Of a DNA stretch of 64,000 nucleotides, positions 1-8,794 are shown in pieces. The notes under the pieces are model-generated. The model was not told the DNA's origin and ran no database searches. It saw nothing but the letters and a program-made list of their open reading frames with translations. The position numbers were made by a program, and so were the translations under genes. Within the stretch, counting starts at the first letter, position 1, and each line of letters starts with the position of its first letter. Source of the stretch: an uncultured Acidobacteriota bacterium (GTDB taxonomy: Bacteria > Acidobacteriota > Polarisedimenticolia > JACPZX01 > DASXTC01); assembly GCA_963806495.1 (NCBI GenBank), contig CAWDYA010000008.1, positions 321,114 through 385,113 on the forward strand. The letters run 5' to 3'.

Positions 1-1270
1 TCCGAAGACCCCGACGTCGTGATCCTCGACGTGAAGATGCCCGAGATGGACGGCCTCGACGTGCTCGAGGCGCTCAAGGGCCAGGGCTCCACCGTTCCGG
101 TGATCGTGGTGTCGGGCCACGGCGACATCGAGACCGCCGTCCGCGCCACCAAGCTGGGCGCCTTCAACTTCATCGAGAAGCCGTTCGGCGAGGAGCGGGT
201 TCTGGTGGACATCAGGAACGCCCTCGAGCAGAGCCGGCTGCGGCGCAAGGCGGCCTCCCTCGAGGTCGAGGTCGAGCAGCAGTTCGAGATGGTCGGCGCC
301 TCGCAGCAGATGCAGGCGCTGCGCGAGCACATCCAGCGCGCCGCGCCGACCCAGGCCACCGTTCTCGTCACCGGCGAGAGCGGCACGGGCAAGGAGCTCG
401 TGGCCCGGGCCATCCACGCCAACAGCGGCCGCAGGGACGCTCCGTTCATCCGCGTCAACTGCGCCGCCATCCCCGACGACCTGATCGAAAGCGAGTTGTT
501 CGGCCACGAGCGCGGCTCGTTCACCGGCGCCACGGGCAAGCAGGTGGGCAAGTTCCTGCAGGCCGACCATGGCACCATCTTCCTCGACGAGATCGGCGAT
601 ATGAGCGCCCGCACACAGGCGAAGGTGCTGCGTGCCCTCGAGACGGGAGAGATCGAGCCGGTCGGGGCCGCCCGGGTGATCGTCGTCGACGTCCGTGTCA
701 TCGCCGCCACCAACCGCGACCTGCCCGCCGAGGATCCGCAAGGGGAGCTTCCGCGAGGATCTCTATTTCCGCCTCAAGGTGATCCCGATCGAGTGTCCTC
801 CCCTTCGCGAGCGCGCCGAGGACATCCCGCTCCTCGTGGAGCACTTCGCCCGGGCGTCGGGCCGGCGCTTCTCCGAGGCCGCCGTGCGCGCCCTGGCGGC
901 CCAGCCCTGGAAAGGCAATGTCCGCGAGCTGAAGAACGCCATCGAGCGTATCCTGATCATGGCGACCGCCTCCCCCGAGGGCGTTATCGACCTGGAGGAC
1001 CTTCCACCCGAGGCGCGGGAGACCTCGCCGTCCGACGCCGGCTCCGGGCCCGCGCGCCTCGCCGGCGCCGCCGGGGGGCCCACCACGCTGAAGGACTTCA
1101 AGGAGGCGGTGGAGAAGGAGTTCATCCTGTCGATGCTCGAGAAGTACGACTGGAACATCTCGCGCACCGCCAAGGAGATCGACACGCCCCGCAGCAACCT
1201 CTACAAGAAGCTCGAGCAGTACGGCATCGGGAAGGACAGGGTCACGGCCGACGAGGCTTCCGAGGAATGA
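1..1270 (+). CDS. sigma54-dependent response regulator (NtrC/Fis family), partial at the window's 5' edge. The reading frame breaks with a 1-nt shift near 733-736.
   Basis: A receiver domain ([19 protein letters not shown]) is followed by a sigma54-interaction AAA+ domain ([21 protein letters not shown]). The protein continues in the +1 frame as [19 protein letters not shown]..., carrying the GAFTA-like motif and a C-terminal Fis-type HTH (ORF 695..1270). The frame jumps at gaggatccgcaagg, consistent with one extra G. Confidence 0.8.
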
Positions 1271-3057
1271 CGATCCCACAGCTCTTCGACCGGGCCGTGG
1301 CGGATCACGTGCTCGCCCGGGCGGTGACCCACTGGTCGCCCCGCTTCGAGAAGCACCTCTCCTCCGAGGAGCTGAGAAAACAAGTGGCGCGATGCGCGGC
1401 CGGTCTGCGCGCGCTCGGGCTGCGCAAGGGCGATCGGGTGCTCATCATCTCGGAGAACCGCCCCGAGTGGGCGATCGCCGACCAGGCGACGCTCTTCGCC
1501 GGCGGGATACTCGTGCCGGTTTACACCAGTCTCACGGTGCCGCAGCTCAGGTACATCCTGGAGAACTCCGGCGCCTGCATCGGCATCGCCTCCACGCAGA
1601 CGCTGATCGACAAGCTGATCGACGCCTCCGCGGGGCTCCCCGCGATGAGGCAGACGATTGTGATCGACGAGTCCGCCGCCGCGCCCGATGCCATGCACCT
1701 CGCCTCGGTCTCGGCGATGGGCGACGATCTGCTGGCCGGCTCGCCCGACGCCTGGCGCGAGCGTGCCGAAACCCTTCGCGACGACGAGGTGGCCACCATC
1801 ATCTACACGTCCGGGACCACCGGGCCGCCCAAAGGGGTGATGCTGACGCATCGCAACCTCACCTCCAACGTCGACGCCCTGTGCCGTGTGCTCGAGTTCG
1901 GCCGGGAGGACGTCTCTCTTTCCTTTCTGCCCCTGTGCCACATCATCCAGCGTATCGGCGACTACTGCTATCTCAGCCGGGGCGTGCGGGTCGTCTATCT
2001 GAAGCTCGAGGACGTCTCCGCGGGTCTCACCGCGATCCGGCCGACCACCTTCCCCGGCGTGCCCCGTGTCTACGAGAAGGCGCGCGAGGCGATCCTCGCG
2101 CGGGGCTCGGCGAGTCCGGCCCCGGTGCGCGCGCTCTTCCGCTGGGCCCTCGAGACAGGGCGGCGGATGGAACGCACCCGTCTCGAGGGCGCCGCCCCCG
2201 GAGCCTGGCTGCGGCTGCGCCACGCCATCGCCGATCGGCTGATCCTCTCGAAGGTACGGCGCGGCCTCGGTGGCCGCATCCGATACCTCGTCAGCGGCGG
2301 CGCGCCGCTCAACCCGGAGATCCTCGAGTTCTTCCTCTCGGTCGGAATCCCGATACTGGAAGGGTACGGGCTGACGGAGACCTCGGTTCTGACCATCAAC
2401 ACGCTGACGAGCATCCGGCCCGGCACCGTGGGGGCGCCGCTTCCGGGCGTCGAGCTGCGTCTGCTTGGCGACGGGGAGGTCCTGGCCCGCGGTGACGGAG
2501 TGGGCCGCGGGTACTATCTCGACGTGAAGAAAACCGAGGAGTCGTTCGTGGACGGCTGGTTCGCCACGGGGGACCTCGGCCGGCTGGACGAGCGCGGGCA
2601 CCTGGTCATCACGGGGCGCAAGAAGGAGATCCTGGTCACATCGGGCGGCAAGAAGGTCTCTCCCGCCGGCATCGAGCAGACGCTCCTGTCCAGCCCGCTG
2701 GTGTCCCAGGCGGTGGTGGTCGGCGACGGCCGCAAGTACGTCAGCGCGCTGCTGGTGCCCGACCGTGCGCAGCTTCTGGCAGCGTGCCGCGCGCGGGGGA
2801 TCGCGGGGGGCGGCAACAGCGACTGGGCCTCCTTCCTGCAGCGCGATGAGGTACGTGAGATGTTCCAGCGGATCGTCAGCGACAGCAATCGTCCCCTGTC
2901 GCGGTTCGAGCAGATCAAGAAGTTCGTTCTGCTGCCGTCCGAGCTGACACAGGAGGGAGGCGAGCTGACTCCCACGCTCAAGATCAAGCGCCGGGTCGTC
3001 GAGGAGAAGCATCGCGGCCTCATCGACGCCCTGTACGACGAGACCGGGAGGAATTGA
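1267..3057 (+). CDS. long-chain fatty-acid--CoA ligase (AMP-binding adenylate-forming enzyme, FadD-like)
   Basis: It contains the AMP-binding signature [17 protein letters not shown] and, further along, GWFATGDLG...ITGRKKEI. The ATG at 1267 overlaps the regulator's stop codon (ATGA). The gene is the second half of the 1012-aa track ORF. Confidence 0.9.
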   Translation: MTIPQLFDRAVADHVLARAVTHWSPRFEKHLSSEELRKQVARCAAGLRALGLRKGDRVLIISENRPEWAIADQATLFAGGILVPVYTSLTVPQLRYILENSGACIGIASTQTLIDKLIDASAGLPAMRQTIVIDESAAAPDAMHLASVSAMGDDLLAGSPDAWRERAETLRDDEVATIIYTSGTTGPPKGVMLTHRNLTSNVDALCRVLEFGREDVSLSFLPLCHIIQRIGDYCYLSRGVRVVYLKLEDVSAGLTAIRPTTFPGVPRVYEKAREAILARGSASPAPVRALFRWALETGRRMERTRLEGAAPGAWLRLRHAIADRLILSKVRRGLGGRIRYLVSGGAPLNPEILEFFLSVGIPILEGYGLTETSVLTINTLTSIRPGTVGAPLPGVELRLLGDGEVLARGDGVGRGYYLDVKKTEESFVDGWFATGDLGRLDERGHLVITGRKKEILVTSGGKKVSPAGIEQTLLSSPLVSQAVVVGDGRKYVSALLVPDRAQLLAACRARGIAGGGNSDWASFLQRDEVREMFQRIVSDSNRPLSRFEQIKKFVLLPSELTQEGGELTPTLKIKRRVVEEKHRGLIDALYDETGRN

Positions 3058-3060
3058 GCG

Positions 3061-4368
3061 ATGCCCGCCGGCCGCACCGATCCCCTCATCGTCGCCGGCG
3101 CCCGCACGCCGTTCGCCAAGGCGGGCACGAAACTGCGCCGGGTCACCGCGGTCGAGCTGGGCATCGCAGCGGTGCGCGAGGCGGTGGCGCGCTCGGGGTT
3201 CCTCCCCGGCGAGGTGGACGCCGTCATCATGGGTAACATCGCCTCGCCGGCCGACGCCGCCAACATCGCGCGCGTGATCTCGGTGGGGGCCGGCGTCCCC
3301 GACCGCGTGCCGGCGCACTCGGTCAACAGGAACTGCGCGTCCGGGATCGAAGCGATCGCCGAGGCCGCCCTGCTCGTGGGCACCGGGCGGGCCCGTGTGG
3401 TCGTGGCGGGCGGTGTGGAGTCGATGTCCGGCATCCCGCTGTTCTTCAGCGACGAGTTCAAGGAGATCATGTTCGCCGCGATGCGCGCGCGATCGCTGCC
3501 CGCGAAGATCGCGGCCTACGCCCGTATCCGCCCCCGGCACTTCAAGCCGATTCCCGGACTCATGATCGGTCTGACCGACCCGCTGTGCGGGCTGAACATG
3601 GGGCAGACCGCCGAGGTGCTCGCCGCCGAGTTCCACGTCACCCGCGAGGAGCAGGATCGCTTCGCGCTCGAGAGCCACCGACGGGCGACCGCGGCCGCCG
3701 CGCGGCACCGCGAGGAGATGACCCCGATCTTCCTGCCGCCGGATCGATCGAAGGCGCTTCACGAAGACATCGGGCCGCGCCCGGCGCAGACGATCGAGGC
3801 GCTCGCGAAGCTCAGGCCGTTCTTCGACCGGGCCCACGGCACCGTCACCGCGGGTAACGCGTCGCCGATCACCGACGGCGCCGCCGCCCTCGTCGTGGCC
3901 TCCGGCGAGGCGATCGCCGCGCGCGGGGGAGACGCCGCCGGCCCCGGTCCGCTCGCCCGCATTCGATCCTGGGCCGCCGCAGGGCTGTCGCCGCGCCGCA
4001 TGGGGCTCGGCCCCGCGCATGCCGTGCCGAAGGCGCTCGACGAGGCGGGGCTGGTCCTGTCCGACATCGAGCTGATCGAGCTGAACGAAGCGTTCGCCGC
4101 GCAGGTGATCGCCTGTGCGCGGGCCATGGCCTCGGAGCGGTTCGCGCGCGAGGAGCTCGGCCGGCCGGCCGCCGTGGGAGAGCTCCGGCCGGAGATCACG
4201 AACGTCAACGGCGGCGCCATCGCGCTGGGCCATCCGGTGGGCGCTTCGGGCGCCCGCATCGTGCTCACGCTCGCGCTCGAGATGCAGCGACGCGGCGCCG
4301 GGCTCGGCCTGGCGACACTGTGCGTGGGCGGCGGCCAGGGAGCCGCCATGATCCTGGAGCGGACATGA
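3061..4368 (+). CDS. acetyl-CoA C-acyltransferase (thiolase, FadA-like)
   Basis: The 435-aa product carries the thiolase N-terminal active-site region (NRNCASGIEAI) and a C-terminal GGAIALGHPVGASGARI...CVGGGQG. It starts 4 nt after the ligase's stop codon. Confidence 0.9.
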   Translation: MPAGRTDPLIVAGARTPFAKAGTKLRRVTAVELGIAAVREAVARSGFLPGEVDAVIMGNIASPADAANIARVISVGAGVPDRVPAHSVNRNCASGIEAIAEAALLVGTGRARVVVAGGVESMSGIPLFFSDEFKEIMFAAMRARSLPAKIAAYARIRPRHFKPIPGLMIGLTDPLCGLNMGQTAEVLAAEFHVTREEQDRFALESHRRATAAAARHREEMTPIFLPPDRSKALHEDIGPRPAQTIEALAKLRPFFDRAHGTVTAGNASPITDGAAALVVASGEAIAARGGDAAGPGPLARIRSWAAAGLSPRRMGLGPAHAVPKALDEAGLVLSDIELIELNEAFAAQVIACARAMASERFAREELGRPAAVGELRPEITNVNGGAIALGHPVGASGARIVLTLALEMQRRGAGLGLATLCVGGGQGAAMILERT

Positions 4369-6491
4369 TCGAGCTGATCCGCGGCGAGGACGGGATCGCC
4401 GTCCTGCTGTTCGACACACCCGGCGAAAAGGTCAATCTGCTCGACGAGGCATCGGTGGCGCGGCTTGCCACCTTGCTCGACTCGGTGGAGCGCGACGCCT
4501 CGGCCGGCTCGATTCGCGGGCTCGTAATCGCCAGCGCCAAGCCGGCCACCTTCATCGCGGGCGCCGACGTCAAGGCGTTCGTGGAGGTCGCAGCCACCGG
4601 CGACGCCGCGGCCGCCGCCGCAAAGGCGCGCGCCGGGCAGGCTCTGTTCTCCCGGGTCGCGGCGCTGCCGGTGCCGGCCGTCGCGGCGATCAACGGCGCC
4701 TGCCTCGGCGGCGGCCTGGAGCTGGCGCTCGCATGCCGCGCCCGGGTGGCCGGCGACGGGACCGAGGTCACGATCGGACTGCCCGAGGTGAGACTTGGTC
4801 TGATACCGGGATGGGGCGGCACGCAACGGCTCCCCCGGCTGATCGGGCCGACGCGGGCACTGGATCTCATCCTGACCGGCCGCAGCCTCTCGGGCCGTCA
4901 GGCGCTCAGGATGGGCCTCGTGGGACGGGTCGCCCCCCAGGAGGGGATCCGGGACGCCGCCCGCGCCGAGGCGCTGCGGCTCGCCGGTGGCGGTGCCCCG
5001 AGGCGGCCCGCCTTCAGCGCGCTCGACCGGAGCCGTCTCACCCGGGCCCTGCTCTTCAGCATGGCGCGCCGCCGGACCCTGCGTCAGACGCACGGGCACT
5101 ATCCGGCCCCGCTCGCTGCCATCGAGGCGATCCGTTACGGGTTCGAGCGCTCGATCGAGGCCGGCCTGGCGCGCGAGGCGGAGCTGGTCGGCCGTCTGCT
5201 GGTGAGCGACGTGTCGAAGAACCTCGTGCAGATCTTTCTGTCGAGCCGGGCTCCCGCGGGCGGTTCCGGCGGCGACGCGCCGGCGCGCCGTGCCGAATCG
5301 ATCGGTGTCATCGGCGCCGGCACCATGGGGGGCGGGATCGCGGCGGTGGCGGCGCTGTCGGGGATCCCGGTGCGTCTGCGGGACGTCAACGCCGAAGCGC
5401 TCGGGCGCGGGATGGCCCAGGTGGCCCGGCGGGCGAAAGGGTCGGCACGCAAGGGCCGGTTCCCGAGGCACGAGGCGGCCCGGCGGGCGAACCTGGTGGC
5501 ACCCACGATCGACTGGTCCGGCTTCTCGCGGTGCGACCTGATCGTGGAGGCGGTGGTCGAGGATCTCGAGGTGAAGCGCGAGGTGCTGCGCCGCGTCGAG
5601 TCGGTGACACCCGACACGGCGTTGTTCGCCACCAACACGTCGTCGCTCTCCGTCGCCGACATCGCCGCGGCATCCTCCCGGCCCGCCGGCGTCCTCGGGC
5701 TGCACTTCTTCAATCCGGTGGAGAAGATGCCGCTCGTGGAGGTGGTCCGGGGCCCCGCCACCGACCCGGCCGCCGTCGAGGCGGGCGTGCGGCTGGCGCG
5801 AAAGATGGGAAAGACCCCCGTGGTGGTGAGCGACACACCGGGGTTCATCGTCAACCGGATCCTGATGCCCTACCTGGCCGGCGCGATGCGGATCGTGTGC
5901 GACTCGGGGCGCGGCGCCGACGTCGTCCCGGTCGACCGGGCCATGGTGGCGTTCGGCATGCCGATGGGGCCGTTCGCGCTGCTGGACCGGATCGGGCTCG
6001 ACGTCGCCGGCCATGTGGCCGGGGTCCTCTCCGCCGCCTTCCCCGGACGCGAAGACGACGCCGACGGATCGCGTTTGCTGCACGCGATGACACAGGCGGG
6101 ACGGCTCGGCGTCAAGTCGGGCGGCGGATTCTACCGGTACCCGAAGGGATCCGCCACGCCCCGCGGGGTGGCCGCCGACCTCGACGGCCTGCTCGCGGCG
6201 GTGCGGGGCTCGGACCGCACGACCGTGCCCGCCCCCGCCGAGGCCGAGATCGTCGAGAGGCTCACCGACGCGATGATCGACGAGGCCGCGCGTCTTCTCG
6301 AGTCGGGCGCGGTTGAAGGTCCGGCGGTGATCGACATCGCCATGATTTTCGGCGCCGGGTTCCCGCCGTTTCGCGGCGGGCTGCTGCGCCACGCCGATAC
6401 CGTGGGACCGGGGAAGATCGCCGCGAGGATCCGGGAGCGCGGCGGCCACCCGGCGGCGACGCTGTCGTCGAAGGAGCGATTCTACGCATGA
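4365..6491 (+). CDS. fatty-acid oxidation complex alpha subunit-like protein (enoyl-CoA hydratase plus 3-hydroxyacyl-CoA dehydrogenase, FadB/FadJ type)
   Basis: An N-terminal crotonase fold (AINGACLGGGLELALAC) is joined to an NAD-binding 3HCDH domain (IGVIGAGTMGGGIA). Its start codon overlaps the thiolase stop in an ATGA arrangement. Confidence 0.9.
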   Translation: MIELIRGEDGIAVLLFDTPGEKVNLLDEASVARLATLLDSVERDASAGSIRGLVIASAKPATFIAGADVKAFVEVAATGDAAAAAAKARAGQALFSRVAALPVPAVAAINGACLGGGLELALACRARVAGDGTEVTIGLPEVRLGLIPGWGGTQRLPRLIGPTRALDLILTGRSLSGRQALRMGLVGRVAPQEGIRDAARAEALRLAGGGAPRRPAFSALDRSRLTRALLFSMARRRTLRQTHGHYPAPLAAIEAIRYGFERSIEAGLAREAELVGRLLVSDVSKNLVQIFLSSRAPAGGSGGDAPARRAESIGVIGAGTMGGGIAAVAALSGIPVRLRDVNAEALGRGMAQVARRAKGSARKGRFPRHEAARRANLVAPTIDWSGFSRCDLIVEAVVEDLEVKREVLRRVESVTPDTALFATNTSSLSVADIAAASSRPAGVLGLHFFNPVEKMPLVEVVRGPATDPAAVEAGVRLARKMGKTPVVVSDTPGFIVNRILMPYLAGAMRIVCDSGRGADVVPVDRAMVAFGMPMGPFALLDRIGLDVAGHVAGVLSAAFPGREDDADGSRLLHAMTQAGRLGVKSGGGFYRYPKGSATPRGVAADLDGLLAAVRGSDRTTVPAPAEAEIVERLTDAMIDEAARLLESGAVEGPAVIDIAMIFGAGFPPFRGGLLRHADTVGPGKIAARIRERGGHPAATLSSKERFYA

Positions 6492-6928
6492 GGATCCTCT
6501 ACCTGTGCACGGGCAACTCGGCGCGAAGCCAGATGGCCGAGGCGTTCACGCGGGCGCTGCTGCCGTCCTCCGCGCCGGTTGAGGTGTTCAGCGCCGGAAC
6601 ACGGCCGGCCGGGCTCCACCCGGAGACGATCGCGGTGATGCAGGAAGCTGGCGTGGACGTGAGCCAGGCCCGCTCCAAGTCGATCGACGAGGTCCCGTTC
6701 GACTCCATCAATCTCGTCGTCACGTTGTGCGACGATGCGGAGAGGAGCTGCCCGAAGCCGCCCGAGGGGGCACGCCGGCTGCACTGGGGCCTGCGCGACC
6801 CGGCGGCCGTTCCGGGCGATGCGGCCGAGATCCGCGACGCCTTCCGGGCGACGCGCGACGAGGTGCGCACCTGCGTGAAACGGCTCCTGTTCGAGTTGGC
6901 CACCGGCCCGGGAGGGAGATCATCATGA
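6488..6928 (+). CDS. low-molecular-weight phosphotyrosine phosphatase / ArsC-family protein (LMWP fold)
   Basis: The protein opens with MRILYLCTGNSARSQMAEA, which is the CX5R P-loop. A downstream TLCDDAERSCP Cys pair resembles the thioredoxin-coupled ArsC family. Both its start and its stop overlap the neighbouring genes in ATGA arrangements. Confidence 0.75.
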   Translation: MRILYLCTGNSARSQMAEAFTRALLPSSAPVEVFSAGTRPAGLHPETIAVMQEAGVDVSQARSKSIDEVPFDSINLVVTLCDDAERSCPKPPEGARRLHWGLRDPAAVPGDAAEIRDAFRATRDEVRTCVKRLLFELATGPGGRSS

Positions 6929-8625
6929 CATCCGACAAGAGTTCTCCGAAGTCGTTCATGCGCTCGATCTTCGAAGGCACGATCGAGGGCGACATGGTGT
7001 TCCCCTACCCCGAGCTCGACGGCGAGGAGAAGGAGAACGTCGCGATGCTGCTCGACTCGCTGCGCCGGTTCGCCGAGCGTGGCATCGACGCGCGCCGGAT
7101 CGACGAGGACGAGGCGATGCCGAAGGAGGTGCTCTCCGGCATGGCGGAGCTCGGGCTGTTCGGCCTGACGATCCCCGAGGAGTATGGCGGGTTCGGGATG
7201 TCGATGGCGGCGTACGGCCGCGCCATGTCGGAGCTGGCCACCCACTGCGGCTCAGTCGCCGCCACGATCGGCGCCCACCTCGGGATCGGCTGCAAGGGGA
7301 TCGTCCTGTTCGGCGACGAATCGCAGAAGCGCCGCTATCTCCCGCGCTGCGCCAGCGGCGAGACGATCGCCGCCTTCTGCCTCACCGAGCCGTCGTCGGG
7401 CTCGGACGCCGCCAGCATCGCCGCGCGCGCCGTGCACGACCCGGCCACCGGCACCTGGGTGCTCAACGGCACCAAGCAGTGGATCACCAACGGCGGCATC
7501 GCCGACCTGTTCACCGTCTTCGTGCAGACCGAGGACACGAAGAAGGAGCGGGCGATGTCGGCCTTCATCCTCACCCGGGGGATGCGCGGCCTGACGTCCG
7601 GCAAGCCGGAGAAGAAGATGGGGCTGAGGGGCTCGTCCACCACCGACGTGGTGATGGAGAACGTCCGGGTGCCGGACCAGGACCTGCTCGGCGAGCGCGG
7701 CACCGGCTTCAAGATGGCGATGGAGATCCTCAATCAGGGGCGGCTGTCGCTGGCGGCGGCCTGCGTGGGACCGTCCAAGAGCCTGATCGCCCGGTCGGCG
7801 GAGTTCGCGAAGGGGCGGCGCGCCTTCGGCCAGACGGTGGCCGACTTCGAGATGATCAAGTCGAAGTTCGCCCGGATGGTGCTCGACACCTACGCGATGG
7901 AATCGATGGTGGAGGTGACGGCCGGCCTGTCCGCCCGAGGATACGACTACTCGCTCGAGTCGGCGCTGTGCAAGATCCATGCGTCGGAGGCGATGTGGCG
8001 CACCGTCAACCACGCCGTGCAGATCAACGGCGGGTTCGGCTACATGCGCGAATATCCGTTCGAGCGCTCGCTGCGCGATGCGCGGATCAACCCGATCTTC
8101 GAAGGCACCAACGAGATCCTCCGGCTGTTCGTGACGCTCGCGGGGATGCAGGGGCCGGGGCGCACCCTCAAGGAGGTCGGCCGCGCGCTCTCCGAGCCGC
8201 TGGCCGGGCTCGGGGTGCTCACAGACTATGCCGCGCGGCGCCTGAGGCGGGTCATCGGCTCCGAGAAGCTCTCCTTCGCCCACCCGGGGTTGAAGCGCGA
8301 GGCGGATCTCGTCGAGGAGTACGTGGCCTCGTTCGCCTCGACGGTGGAGTCGGCGCTCAAGAAGCACGGCAAGGAAGTTCTGCATCGCGAGTACGTGCAG
8401 GAGCGGCTCGCCGACGCCGCCGTGGACCTGTACGCCATGATCTGCTGCATCTCGCGCGCCACCGGCGCCGGGTCCGAGGAGCAGATCCTGACGACCCGGG
8501 TCTTCTGCGAGGCGGCCTGGCGCCGGATCCGGCGCAACCTCAGGCAGGTCGAGTCCAACAGCGACGCCGACACCACCGCAGTGGCAGGCCTGGCGCTCGA
8601 TTCCGGCGGGTGGCCCTTCGACTGA
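6925..8625 (+). CDS. acyl-CoA dehydrogenase (large, about 566 aa, FadE-like)
   Basis: The sequence shows the acyl-CoA dehydrogenase fold (FCLTEPSSGSDAAS, WITNGGIAD, QINGGFGYMREYPFER). A GGGAGGGAGA ribosome-binding site lies upstream of the ATG at 6925. Confidence 0.9.
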   Translation: MTSDKSSPKSFMRSIFEGTIEGDMVFPYPELDGEEKENVAMLLDSLRRFAERGIDARRIDEDEAMPKEVLSGMAELGLFGLTIPEEYGGFGMSMAAYGRAMSELATHCGSVAATIGAHLGIGCKGIVLFGDESQKRRYLPRCASGETIAAFCLTEPSSGSDAASIAARAVHDPATGTWVLNGTKQWITNGGIADLFTVFVQTEDTKKERAMSAFILTRGMRGLTSGKPEKKMGLRGSSTTDVVMENVRVPDQDLLGERGTGFKMAMEILNQGRLSLAAACVGPSKSLIARSAEFAKGRRAFGQTVADFEMIKSKFARMVLDTYAMESMVEVTAGLSARGYDYSLESALCKIHASEAMWRTVNHAVQINGGFGYMREYPFERSLRDARINPIFEGTNEILRLFVTLAGMQGPGRTLKEVGRALSEPLAGLGVLTDYAARRLRRVIGSEKLSFAHPGLKREADLVEEYVASFASTVESALKKHGKEVLHREYVQERLADAAVDLYAMICCISRATGAGSEEQILTTRVFCEAAWRRIRRNLRQVESNSDADTTAVAGLALDSGGWPFD

Positions 8626-8794
8626 CCCGGCACAGCGCCCGGGCGGCGTGCCCTCTCCGGCACCGTGTTACAATGCCTGAAATGGAAACCTCGAGCGCGC
8701 CCGCGCGTATCTGTGCCACGAGGCGACGCCTGTCTCGCTTCACGCAGCCCTCGGCTGTGGTTCCAGGATCCCGCCCACGGAGGAGCTCACGATC

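Noticed and set aside
19-3057. Single 1012-aa ORF that looks like a regulator-ligase fusion
   Set aside because: The middle section (about 740-1260) is low-complexity Arg/Pro/Gly nonsense. The true regulator continues in frame +1 to 1270, and the ligase starts at its own ATG at 1267.
1201-6449. Very long antisense ORFs (1201..4419, 3759..6449 and 4733..6316) opposite the fad genes
   Set aside because: Their translations are Arg/Gly/Pro-rich low-complexity sequence typical of stop-codon-poor high-GC DNA. The sense strand encodes recognisable enzymes.
8626-8794. sigma54 (-24/-12) promoter for the regulator's target near GGCACCGTGTTACAATGC
   Set aside because: The GG-to-GC spacing does not fit the TGGCAC-N5-TTGC consensus. 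A TACAAT -10-like hexamer is present but is unremarkable.
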